64,000 bases of DNA from an archaeon GW2011_AR15 (lineage in GTDB: Archaea; Nanobdellota; Nanobdellia; Woesearchaeales; GW2011-AR15), in NCBI GenBank assembly GCA_000830295.1, contig CP010425.1, forward strand, positions 1,056,001-1,120,000, written 5' to 3'. The translations under genes and the position numbers were made by a program. This document shows positions 1 to 8,723 of this stretch, piece after piece. Within the stretch, counting starts at the first letter, position 1. Each line of letters opens with the position of its first letter. The notes beneath the pieces were generated by a model. That model searched no databases. It had not been told where the DNA came from and worked only from the letters and a program-made list of their open reading frames with translations.

Positions 1-38
1 TGATTTCACAAAACCGATAGTAAGAACGGGAGGCTAAA

Positions 39-1418
39 ATGACAAACAAAACCATGCTTACAGATGAATACCAGCTCACAATGATGGCATCATACCTTGA
101 TAATAATATTGATGATAAGGCAACATTTGACATGTTTATCAGAGGGCTTCCTGAAGACTGGGGATACTTTATTGCAAACGGCATAGAAGATGCAATTGAT
201 TATGCAACAAGCATCAAATTTAGTAAAGACGATATTGATTTCCTCAGAAGCCAGGGAAAATACAGTGAAGATTTCCTTGATTTCCTCAGGGGTTTTAGGT
301 TTAATGGTGAGATATATTCTGTTAAAGAGGGAGAAATTGTCTTTCCAAACCAGCCGGTATTAAGAGTAACCGGCAGCAGAACAGAAGCCCAGTTTCTTGA
401 AACTGCCATACTTAATATAATTAATTTCCAGACAATGGTTGCATCAAAGGCAAACAGGGTTGTGAATGCTGCCGGAGAATCAACAGTGCTTGATTTTGGC
501 CTGAGAAGAGCCCAGGGTGAGGACGCGGGGATGGAGGGCGCAAGGGCAGCTTATATTGGCGGTGCTTCAGGCACCAGCAATGTAAAAGCAGGAAAAGAAT
601 ATGGGATTCCAACTGGCGGGACTCAGGCCCACAGCTATGTAATGAGCTTTGATGATGAGGCGGATGCTTTCAGGGCATATGCAAAGACTTTTCCTGACAG
701 GTCTGTCTTCCTTATTGATACATACAATACTCTTGAAGGTGCAGAAAAAGCGGCAATTGTAGCCAAGGAAATGGAAAAGCAGGGGCACAGGCTTGTCGGA
801 GTCAGGCTGGATTCAGGAGACCTTGAAATGCTTTCAAAAGGCGTCAGAGACATATTCAACAGCCAAGGTCTTGGATATGTGAAAATATATGCAAGCAATG
901 ACCTGAATGAATACAAGATTGAAGACCTGGTGAGGAATGGGGCAAAAATAGATGCTTTCGGTGTTGGGACAGAGATGATTACAGCAAAGCCGGTCTCCGC
1001 AATATCCGGAGTCTACAAGCTTGTTGAAGATACAGCAGGCCCAAAGATGAAATTTTCACCGGGAAAGGAAAGCAACCCAGGAAAGAAACAGATTTATAGG
1101 ATAAGTGATGAGAAAGGGACCTTCCTGTATGATGTAATGGCTCTTGAATCTGAAAAAATAGAAGGCAGGTCATTGCTTGAAAAAGTTGTTGAGAACGGAT
1201 ACAGAATAAGCCAGAGAAGAGACCTGAAAGAGATAAGGGAATATGCTCTTGATTCAGTAAGCAGGCTTCCTGACAGCCTGAAGCAGGTCAGAGTTGCAGA
1301 CAAGTATGAGGTAAGAAAATCAGAAGGCCTGACTAGCCTTATAGATGAGCTTGGGGAAAAATATCTCCAAAGCCTTCCTTTTTACAGCGTAGTTCATCCA
1401 ATTTCAATAAATCAATAA
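39..1418 (+). CDS. pncB: Nicotinate phosphoribosyltransferase
   Basis: LTDxYQLTM, DFGLRRAQ, GTQAHS, LIDTY, GVRLDSGD and FGVGT motifs; GGAGG SD upstream. Confidence 0.95.
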   Translation: MTNKTMLTDEYQLTMMASYLDNNIDDKATFDMFIRGLPEDWGYFIANGIEDAIDYATSIKFSKDDIDFLRSQGKYSEDFLDFLRGFRFNGEIYSVKEGEIVFPNQPVLRVTGSRTEAQFLETAILNIINFQTMVASKANRVVNAAGESTVLDFGLRRAQGEDAGMEGARAAYIGGASGTSNVKAGKEYGIPTGGTQAHSYVMSFDDEADAFRAYAKTFPDRSVFLIDTYNTLEGAEKAAIVAKEMEKQGHRLVGVRLDSGDLEMLSKGVRDIFNSQGLGYVKIYASNDLNEYKIEDLVRNGAKIDAFGVGTEMITAKPVSAISGVYKLVEDTAGPKMKFSPGKESNPGKKQIYRISDEKGTFLYDVMALESEKIEGRSLLEKVVENGYRISQRRDLKEIREYALDSVSRLPDSLKQVRVADKYEVRKSEGLTSLIDELGEKYLQSLPFYSVVHPISINQ

Positions 1419-1439
1419 GTGTAAAAAATACAATAATAG

Positions 1440-1964
1440 GTGAAGCAAATGAAAACAACATTGAACAAAGTTGTTAATGATAAAGGATTCAGGAAATATA
1501 CCACACATAAAGCAGAAGCCGGGGATATAATCACTTCTCCTGAGTTTGCTTTTGGGGAATACGGTGTTTTCTACGATGATGATAAGCACCTGAGGCTTGA
1601 CAAGTATAATATCAGTGTAGACGGGCACACAAGAACTCTGGAGGTGCAGTATTCAAACCCTGAGATACCGAGAGGGAAACCTGATGAACTGATAACAATA
1701 GATATTGCCGCGTATGACCCTTCTCGGGGAACGGCAAAATTCCTCGTTGAAGAGGCTTATCTTGGCGGCGGTTCAGGCCCTTGCAGCCATGATCCTTATC
1801 CTGATGGATGGAATGTAAAGGCAAGAAGGCTTTCAGATGATGCGTCATATGATCCAAAAGGCAAACTAATAGATTTCTACCAGAGCGGTTCTTTCACAAA
1901 CAAGGTCAGGGAAGTTACTGTAGTCGGGAAGATGGAGAAAATAATCGAGTGGAGAAAAAAATAG
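1440..1964 (+). CDS. Hypothetical protein within the NAD operon
   Basis: 174-aa co-oriented ORF between pncB and pncA; start may be ATG 1449; no family recognised. Confidence 0.75.
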   Translation: MKQMKTTLNKVVNDKGFRKYTTHKAEAGDIITSPEFAFGEYGVFYDDDKHLRLDKYNISVDGHTRTLEVQYSNPEIPRGKPDELITIDIAAYDPSRGTAKFLVEEAYLGGGSGPCSHDPYPDGWNVKARRLSDDASYDPKGKLIDFYQSGSFTNKVREVTVVGKMEKIIEWRKK

Positions 1965-1980
1965 CAAGGAGGTAAACAAG

Positions 1981-2601
1981 ATGAAAACAATAGCATGGAA
2001 TGTAGATACACAATACGACTTTATGCGTGCTGACGGGAAACTATATGTGCAGGATGCAGAAAAGATTGAGGGAAACCTTGAGAAACTGACAAACCTTTTC
2101 AGAAAAAAAGGGACAGCAATAGTAAATACAGGGGACTGGCATAATGAGCATACTGCTGAAATTTCAGATACACCTGATTTTGTCAATACCTTTCCGGAGC
2201 ACTGCATGCAGAATACACATGGAGCGGATTATGTCGGCGCAACCAAGCCAGCAAATGCGCTCTATGTCGACTGGCAGGATGAAAAGGCTGACCTTGATGC
2301 AATTGCAGGAGCAAAAGAGATTGTAATATACAAGGACATGTTCGATGTCTTTGCAGGAAACCCGCACACTGACAAAATTGTTGATGCACTGGGCCCGGAC
2401 AGGGTAATCGTATATGGTGTTGCAACGAATGTCTGCGTCAATTATGCTGTAAGAGGGCATCTGGAAAGAGGGCTTGAAGTCTATGTCGTAGAGGATGCAA
2501 TAAAAGAGCTCCCAAATATACCTTCACCAGTTGATGGCTGGGTAAAGGCAGGAGCCAGACTGATCAGAACAGAAGATGCAGTTAATTACATCGGAGGTTA
2601 A
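1981..2601 (+). CDS. pncA: Nicotinamidase (isochorismatase family)
   Basis: VDTQYDF, DWH, FPEHC, K, GVATNVCV catalytic motifs; AGGAGGT SD. Confidence 0.9.
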   Translation: MKTIAWNVDTQYDFMRADGKLYVQDAEKIEGNLEKLTNLFRKKGTAIVNTGDWHNEHTAEISDTPDFVNTFPEHCMQNTHGADYVGATKPANALYVDWQDEKADLDAIAGAKEIVIYKDMFDVFAGNPHTDKIVDALGPDRVIVYGVATNVCVNYAVRGHLERGLEVYVVEDAIKELPNIPSPVDGWVKAGARLIRTEDAVNYIGG

Positions 2602-2602
2602 A

Positions 2603-3535
2603 ATGCTCGAACAAAAAATACTGCTGGCACAAATGGATCCTGAAACTGTAAGCGATGAGATAGGCGACTTTGTCATACAACAGGTAAAGGAGGGGGATTA
2701 TATAGGATGTGTTATAGGGCTATCAGGAGGCATTGATTCCACAACCACAGCTACACTGATAAAAAGAGCGTTTGACAGGCATAATCTCAGAAGAAAACGG
2801 AACAAGCTTGAGATTGTGGGGTATATCATGCCTTCAGATATCAATAACCCTGAAGATGCGAGAGACGGCATAAGGGTCGCAGAAAACCTTGGGGTAAGAT
2901 ATGAGGTTCTGGATATAAACGGCGTTGTAGAAGCATACAGGACAACAAATCCCGAAGCATTTGATGTAGAATACCACAAAGGAAACCTTATGTCTAGGAT
3001 TAGGGGGAACATCCTTTCCACAAAAGCAGCTACAGAAAGGAAACTTGTTGCCGGCACTGGAAACTGGGATGAAGATTTCGGCCTGGGATACTATACTTTA
3101 TTCGGCGACGGGGCTGTACACATGAGCCCAATCGGCAATCTTCCAAAGAGGCTTGTAAGAGAGATGGCAAAATATCTTGGCATTGATTCCTATTTTGTCA
3201 ACAGGGAGCCTACTGCAGGGCTTGAGCCCGGCCAGACAGACTTTAAGGATCTGGGCTACAGCTATGACACGGCTGAATTAATTATAAGAGGCCTGGAGCT
3301 TGGCATTGACCCACGGGACTTGGCTGATTATTCCCAGGTAAAAAAACAGATTGAACCAGAAATCAGCTATAAGGGAGCCAAATTCACTTCTGCATATGAG
3401 ATTATAGAAGACATAATGCAGAGACACATTGTTGCAGAGGCTAAGGCAGGTATTGTCAGCCCTCCTGCAGCGCCTGTATCCCTATACTACGGCAAAGAGA
3501 TCTGGAGGACAATAAAAAAGGTAGAGAGGGAATAA
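2603..3535 (+). CDS. nadE: NH3-dependent NAD+ synthetase
   Basis: GLSGGIDS, GNLMSRIR, GYYTLFGDG, PTAGL..GQTD motifs; start moved to ATG 2603 after GGAGG. Confidence 0.93.
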   Translation: MLEQKILLAQMDPETVSDEIGDFVIQQVKEGDYIGCVIGLSGGIDSTTTATLIKRAFDRHNLRRKRNKLEIVGYIMPSDINNPEDARDGIRVAENLGVRYEVLDINGVVEAYRTTNPEAFDVEYHKGNLMSRIRGNILSTKAATERKLVAGTGNWDEDFGLGYYTLFGDGAVHMSPIGNLPKRLVREMAKYLGIDSYFVNREPTAGLEPGQTDFKDLGYSYDTAELIIRGLELGIDPRDLADYSQVKKQIEPEISYKGAKFTSAYEIIEDIMQRHIVAEAKAGIVSPPAAPVSLYYGKEIWRTIKKVERE

Positions 3536-3536
3536 A

Positions 3537-3986
3537 ATGACAAAACCAACACAGCTCTATGTAGCTACAACCCTCATAATAAAGCATGAGGATAAGTACG
3601 TGCTTATAGAAAGAAAAAACCCGCCGTACGGCTTTGCCCTTCCCGGAGGCTTTCTCGAGCCAAACCTGACTGGGGTAAAAAATGGAGAAAAAGAAGCCAA
3701 AGAAGAGACGAATCTAGAGATCCTGATTCATAACCCCTATACTCCAATAGTCTTCTCATCTCCTGATAGAGATCCCAGAAGCAGAGTAGTTGATCTTATT
3801 TACATAGCTACAGGAACGGGCAAGCTGGCTGCCGGAGATGATGCAAAGGCAGTCCATGAATTCTGGCCTGATGAGATAGAGAAAATGTTTGGCAAGAACA
3901 AATTTGCCTTTGACCATGAAGACATACTAAAACACTATTTTTCAAGGAGGATGTTCTATGACTATTCCGGCAACGATAGAAGGTAG
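3537..3986 (+). CDS. Nudix hydrolase, ADP-ribose pyrophosphatase-like
   Basis: ALPGGF..KEAKEETNL (divergent Nudix box), PDRDPR, AGDDA, AFDH. Confidence 0.85.
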   Translation: MTKPTQLYVATTLIIKHEDKYVLIERKNPPYGFALPGGFLEPNLTGVKNGEKEAKEETNLEILIHNPYTPIVFSSPDRDPRSRVVDLIYIATGTGKLAAGDDAKAVHEFWPDEIEKMFGKNKFAFDHEDILKHYFSRRMFYDYSGNDRR

Positions 3987-4602
3987 AGTAGGGACAATCG
4001 CGAGGTTTAAGCCTCTCCATATGGGGGCCCAGCTTATGCTTGAAACCATATGCTCACAGGCAGGTGAAGTCATAATCGGAATCGGAAGCTCAAATAAGTA
4101 TGATGTAAGAAATCCTTTTACTGCTGAGGAAACAGAGGAGATGATACGCAGGGCTCTCTCAGGATATGATAACTATTCTGTTGTCCACGTCCCTGATTTT
4201 GCCCACCTCGGCCCTGAATATCAGGATGGCCAGGCATGGAGGAAGAATGTTCTCAGGTTGTTTGGAGAGCTGGATTATTTCATAGTGGAGAACGGCTATG
4301 TAAAAAAACTGCTTGAAGAGGATTATAAAATTGCAAGACCTTCCAGCCTTATTCCTAAAGAGAGCCAGATAATGGTCAGCGGGACAATGGTCAGGGTTGA
4401 AATGGCAAAAAATGGCGACTGGAAAAGTCTTGTTTCAAAAGAAGTAGCGGATTATCTGACTGAGCCCGGCAAAGCTGGAAGCTATGAAAATCTTGTTGAC
4501 AGATTTAGAAAAGAATTCGGGCTTGAAACTCTGGCCAGCATGGCAACTGAGGGGATCTATGCCAGGGATGCTGAAACAGAATACAGGAGGACACTGGTGT
4601 AA
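3958..4602 (+). CDS. Nicotinamide/nicotinate-nucleotide adenylyltransferase (NadM-like)
   Basis: RFKPLHMGA (HxGH variant), IGIGSS, RNPFTAEE, SGTMVR. Confidence 0.85.
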   Translation: MTIPATIEGRVGTIARFKPLHMGAQLMLETICSQAGEVIIGIGSSNKYDVRNPFTAEETEEMIRRALSGYDNYSVVHVPDFAHLGPEYQDGQAWRKNVLRLFGELDYFIVENGYVKKLLEEDYKIARPSSLIPKESQIMVSGTMVRVEMAKNGDWKSLVSKEVADYLTEPGKAGSYENLVDRFRKEFGLETLASMATEGIYARDAETEYRRTLV

Positions 4603-4603
4603 A

Positions 4604-5383
4604 ATGGCAAAAATAGGGAATTATGAAATCATAAAGGAAATAGCAATTGACAGCAAAGGGGAACCTGTTGGCGGAATGGGAAGGATATTCCAGGCAAAGC
4701 ATATCTATCTGGATGAGCTTGCATGCATAAAGCAGAACAAGGCAAAAGAGTTCGAGGATGTGCTTTACAACGAGGCAAAAATACTCTGGAGGCTCAACGA
4801 ACACCATTCAATACCTACTGTAAAGGATTTCTTTCCTGTTGCTGATTCATATGTCATGGTAATGGATTACATAGACGGCCCTACCCTTGACTCTCTTATT
4901 GAGAAGAATTCAAGAATGCATCCTGAAGATGCATCCTGGATTACCGAACGGCTTCTTTCAGCACTGCAGTATTCTACTTACAAGGGGATTGTTCATGGCG
5001 ACATAAAACCTGGGAACCTTTTCATTGAAGCAAAACATCATGATGTAAAACTCATAGACTGGGGCCTTGCCTCATACAAGCCCAAAAGTACCAGCAAACA
5101 GATGGGATATACCCCGAGATATGTAGCTCCTGAGATAAGGGATGGCAAGTCGCCTATTCCTGAATCCGATGTCTATGGTACGGGAATGATCATGCTCTAT
5201 GCATTGGGAGGTGATGTTGACAGCAAGGAGTTCAGGGACGAGACTCCTGAGCCGATAAAAGAATTCTGCAGCAGGCTAATAAGATATGACCCTATGCAGA
5301 GACCAAGCCTGGAAAAGGAGAACTTGGCAAAAGCTTTGTCAGACATAAGAGAACAGGTCTTTGGAAGAAGACACATGAAATAA
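4604..5383 (+). CDS. Hanks-type Ser/Thr protein kinase
   Basis: GGMGRIF, IK, HGDIKPGN, DWG, APE, SDVYG motifs; true start ATG 4604. Confidence 0.92.
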   Translation: MAKIGNYEIIKEIAIDSKGEPVGGMGRIFQAKHIYLDELACIKQNKAKEFEDVLYNEAKILWRLNEHHSIPTVKDFFPVADSYVMVMDYIDGPTLDSLIEKNSRMHPEDASWITERLLSALQYSTYKGIVHGDIKPGNLFIEAKHHDVKLIDWGLASYKPKSTSKQMGYTPRYVAPEIRDGKSPIPESDVYGTGMIMLYALGGDVDSKEFRDETPEPIKEFCSRLIRYDPMQRPSLEKENLAKALSDIREQVFGRRHMK

Positions 5384-5399
5384 TATGAGGTTGATAAAA

Positions 5400-6362
5400 A
5401 TGTATTCGTGGAGCGGAGATACAACAAACTGGAGAGGAGCAGGGGCGTATAAATTTGACAAAAACCCCTACAAAGCCGATCCGAGAGCAAAAAAGGCGAG
5501 GACATATTCCTCAAGCAGCACGCCAAACATGAAGATGGTGGACCCTAAAGATAAAGAAATTGAATCCTACAGTGCAAACCCAATACTTGTAGGCGTGGAT
5601 GTTACTGGCTCAATGGCCAGCTGGCCTGGTGAGATATTTGACAGGCTGCCGCTTTTTGCAACAACACTTGCGCAGTACAGGGATGACGCGGAGTTTTGCT
5701 TTGCTGCAATAGGGGATGCAACCTGCGACAGCTATCCATTGCAGGTAAATAAGTTTGGGAAAGGGATTGACCTTGAGGATCACATAAAGGCGCTTGGCGC
5801 TGAAGGAGGCGGAGGAGGACAGATAAAAGAAAGCTATGAGTTATTCGGCTATTACATGCTGAACAATGTCAAAACTCCAAATGCACTTTCGCCATTCCTT
5901 TTCATCCTGGGAGACGAAATGTTCTACCCTGCTGTGAATCCTGATCAGGTTGAGCATTATATCGGTTCAACTTTGCAGTCAGGAATAGATTCTCTTGGGC
6001 TATGGGCTGCCTTGTCGCAGAAATACAATATGTTCTTCCTGCAGAAGCCTTATGGCCATGGGGGAGAGGCAAGTGTAGATGCTGAAGTGAGGAAAGCCTG
6101 GGAAAAGGCCCTGGGAAAAGAAAGAGTGATACAGCTTCCCAGCATGGAAAGGACTGTTGACATAATGATGGGGATTGTAGCCAAAAGCTGGGGAAAATAT
6201 GATGACTTTAGCCTAAGCCTTGGGGCCAGGCAGCCAGATGATGAGCAGACCAAAGTCCATATGTCAATAAGGTATCTTCCGGACGGCACAACTGAACATT
6301 CGGTTATGGATGCTAAAGGAAGCACAAAAACCAAGTCACTGCTCGATCTTGGCAGCAAATAA
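5400..6362 (+). CDS. von Willebrand factor A (vWA) domain protein
   Basis: MIDAS DVTGSM, GGGGG..ESYE, FILGDE; GAGGTTGA SD before ATG 5400. Confidence 0.85.
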   Translation: MYSWSGDTTNWRGAGAYKFDKNPYKADPRAKKARTYSSSSTPNMKMVDPKDKEIESYSANPILVGVDVTGSMASWPGEIFDRLPLFATTLAQYRDDAEFCFAAIGDATCDSYPLQVNKFGKGIDLEDHIKALGAEGGGGGQIKESYELFGYYMLNNVKTPNALSPFLFILGDEMFYPAVNPDQVEHYIGSTLQSGIDSLGLWAALSQKYNMFFLQKPYGHGGEASVDAEVRKAWEKALGKERVIQLPSMERTVDIMMGIVAKSWGKYDDFSLSLGARQPDDEQTKVHMSIRYLPDGTTEHSVMDAKGSTKTKSLLDLGSK

Positions 6363-6391
6363 ATTTTTTATTTTTATTTTTGGAGGGAAAA

Positions 6392-7294
6392 ATGAAAACA
6401 AAAGCCATTGTAACAATGCCACCATACGCCGGATACTTAAGCGATGTTGTGAAGCACCCCATTGTCTCAGGCATAAGGCTGAATACTGTAATGCCAACCA
6501 AGGAAAAGCTAGAAGACATGCTTAAAAGGCTTAATAATGCCACCGGAGATAAAGATCTGTGGATTGACCTTAAAGGCAGACAGCTCAGGACAAAGGGATA
6601 CTGGGTTCCGCCATTCACTGAAATACAGCTGACTCACACAATAAAGGTCGATACACCAGCAACTGCTGTTTTCAGTGACGGGAAGGAGTACGCAACAATA
6701 CTGGAGGTTGACGGGAACCGCCTGATAATGCAGGAAGGCCCAAGAAGGGTTGTCGGCCCCGGGGAATCCCTTAACATAAGGGGTAAAAACCTCTCAATTG
6801 ACGGCTATTTTACAGAGACGGATTTTAGGTATATTGAGGCAGGACAAAAGACAGGAACCAAAAAATACATGCTTTCTTTTGTAGAGTCAAAAACAGACAT
6901 AGATTTATTAAAAAAATTATATTCCGAAGCTGAGATTATTGCAAAAATCGAGTCAAAGAAAGGGCTTGATTATGTAATGAGAAGCTGGAACAATGATGCA
7001 AGGCTGATGGCAGCCAGGGGAGACCTGTATCTTGAGCTGGATATGCCTCATGACATAATAAAAGCTTCAGAGTCCATAATCCGGAAAGACAAGGATGCAA
7101 TTGTCGCCTCAAGGATATTTGACTCATTGTCCTATCAGGAGGAAATAAGCAGCCAGGATATCGGCGATGTTGACAGCCTTATGAGGATGGGATACAGGAA
7201 TTTCATGTTCGGTGATTACATATGCATGCACAAGGAATCCATAATGAGCGGCCTGAACCTGCTTTACAGGATGGCGGAGAGCTATGAAAAATGA
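6392..7294 (+). CDS. Pyruvate-kinase-like TIM-barrel protein lacking the C domain
   Basis: IRLN, IDLKG, SFVES, IIAKIES, MAARGDL motifs; only about 300 aa. Confidence 0.8.
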   Translation: MKTKAIVTMPPYAGYLSDVVKHPIVSGIRLNTVMPTKEKLEDMLKRLNNATGDKDLWIDLKGRQLRTKGYWVPPFTEIQLTHTIKVDTPATAVFSDGKEYATILEVDGNRLIMQEGPRRVVGPGESLNIRGKNLSIDGYFTETDFRYIEAGQKTGTKKYMLSFVESKTDIDLLKKLYSEAEIIAKIESKKGLDYVMRSWNNDARLMAARGDLYLELDMPHDIIKASESIIRKDKDAIVASRIFDSLSYQEEISSQDIGDVDSLMRMGYRNFMFGDYICMHKESIMSGLNLLYRMAESYEK

Positions 7295-8160
7295 ATAATG
7301 TACTCGTAGTGTATAAGAAAAGCACTTTTGAGCTTTATGGCAATTCTCCTGACGGGAAAACCCGGGAGTATGTCCGGGATAACCTTGAATATCTTAAAAA
7401 AAGCCATGATTCGCAGCAGAAAACTCTTGAGACTGTAGCAGACGAGCTTAACCAAAGAAACATAAAAAACCACGTAATATACAGAGCTGATTTAAAAGAA
7501 TTAAGCGGAGAGCTGAAGAAACTAAACGGATATGATCTTATTGTGAGCGTAGGAGGGGACGGCACCTTATTGGAGGTGTCCCATTATGTGACAGATATTC
7601 CTGTATTGGGAGTTAATTCCGACAGCAGCGGAAGCACGGGATATTTCAGTATGGCAAATTCAGGGAATTTTGGCTATTTAATTGATAATTTCAGTAATAC
7701 AAAAATGACAAGACTGAACAGGCTTGAAATAATGCTAAACAGGGAGATATTGCCTGAGCTGGTGCTCAATGACATATTAATAGCCCATTCAAATCCTGCC
7801 GCAAATACGAGGTTTAAGCTATATATGAACAATCAGGAAGAGATGTTCAGAAACAGCAGCGGTGTGCTTATATGCACTCCCGCAGGGTCAACTGCATTCA
7901 TGTATCAGGAAAACGGCAATATCATGCCTATTGATTTTGGGTATATGCAGTATCACATAAGAAGCAACAGGAAAGAGCACGATATGTTCAGATTTGCTGG
8001 CAAACTGGAGATAGAATCACTGACAAGGGAAGGTGGGATATGGATAGATGGAGAGCACCTGAGGTACGATTTTGCTCTTGGAGACAAAATTAAGATATAT
8101 ATGGGCCAGCCGCTCCAGCTGGTCGGTGATTTAGAGGAAAAGAGAAAACACTTTAAATAA
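7291..8160 (+). CDS. nadK: NAD(+)/NADH kinase
   Basis: GGDGTLL, PVLGVN, LND, TPAGSTA, IDG motifs. Confidence 0.9.
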   Translation: MNNVLVVYKKSTFELYGNSPDGKTREYVRDNLEYLKKSHDSQQKTLETVADELNQRNIKNHVIYRADLKELSGELKKLNGYDLIVSVGGDGTLLEVSHYVTDIPVLGVNSDSSGSTGYFSMANSGNFGYLIDNFSNTKMTRLNRLEIMLNREILPELVLNDILIAHSNPAANTRFKLYMNNQEEMFRNSSGVLICTPAGSTAFMYQENGNIMPIDFGYMQYHIRSNRKEHDMFRFAGKLEIESLTREGGIWIDGEHLRYDFALGDKIKIYMGQPLQLVGDLEEKRKHFK

Positions 8161-8165
8161 AGGCG

Positions 8166-8723
8166 TTGTTCTCAGTTAAAATGGATTTGAGAAAATTCAG
8201 CAGGAAAGAAGTAATCTCTTTCATAATTTTATCTATAATTGCAGTCCTGATCCTTGCCACTTTCAGGGGCGCAAGGGCAACCCTATTTGTTCTTGGATTC
8301 ATCATTTTCAGCGTTATCCTGACATTATACAAGAGGTATTTCTATATCCCCATAGAATTTGAGATTATATCTCTGGGAATAGTGCTCTGCTCTGTTGAGT
8401 ACGGCCTGGCTGCAGGGCTCATAGTTGCATTAGTCGGCGGGATAGCATACACTATATACTGCACGAGCTTCAGTCCTTTTACTGTGCCCATGCTGTTCGG
8501 CTACAGCCTGATGGCTTTTCTTGCCTCTTTCTTCCCGCAGGCAAACATAACCTACCTTGGGATTGCAGTCAATGTAATCCACAACATTTTTGTGTTCTCA
8601 ATATACCATTTTGCATTTAGATACGACCCATTTAAGAATATCATGTACAGCGGGACAAACATACTGATAAATATCCTGCTGTTCTCTAATGTTGCACCCT
8701 TCTTATCTGCAATAATGGGATAA
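8166..8723 (+). CDS. Integral membrane protein (about 6 TM; possibly ECF S-component-like)
   Basis: Hydrophobic 185-aa ORF directly after nadK; start may be ATG 8181. Confidence 0.7.
   Translation: MFSVKMDLRKFSRKEVISFIILSIIAVLILATFRGARATLFVLGFIIFSVILTLYKRYFYIPIEFEIISLGIVLCSVEYGLAAGLIVALVGGIAYTIYCTSFSPFTVPMLFGYSLMAFLASFFPQANITYLGIAVNVIHNIFVFSIYHFAFRYDPFKNIMYSGTNILINILLFSNVAPFLSAIMG

Noticed and set aside
4484-4603. 40-aa N-terminal extension of the kinase ORF
   Set aside because: Overlaps the NadM-like gene; the SD-like AGGAGG/GGTG supports ATG 4604
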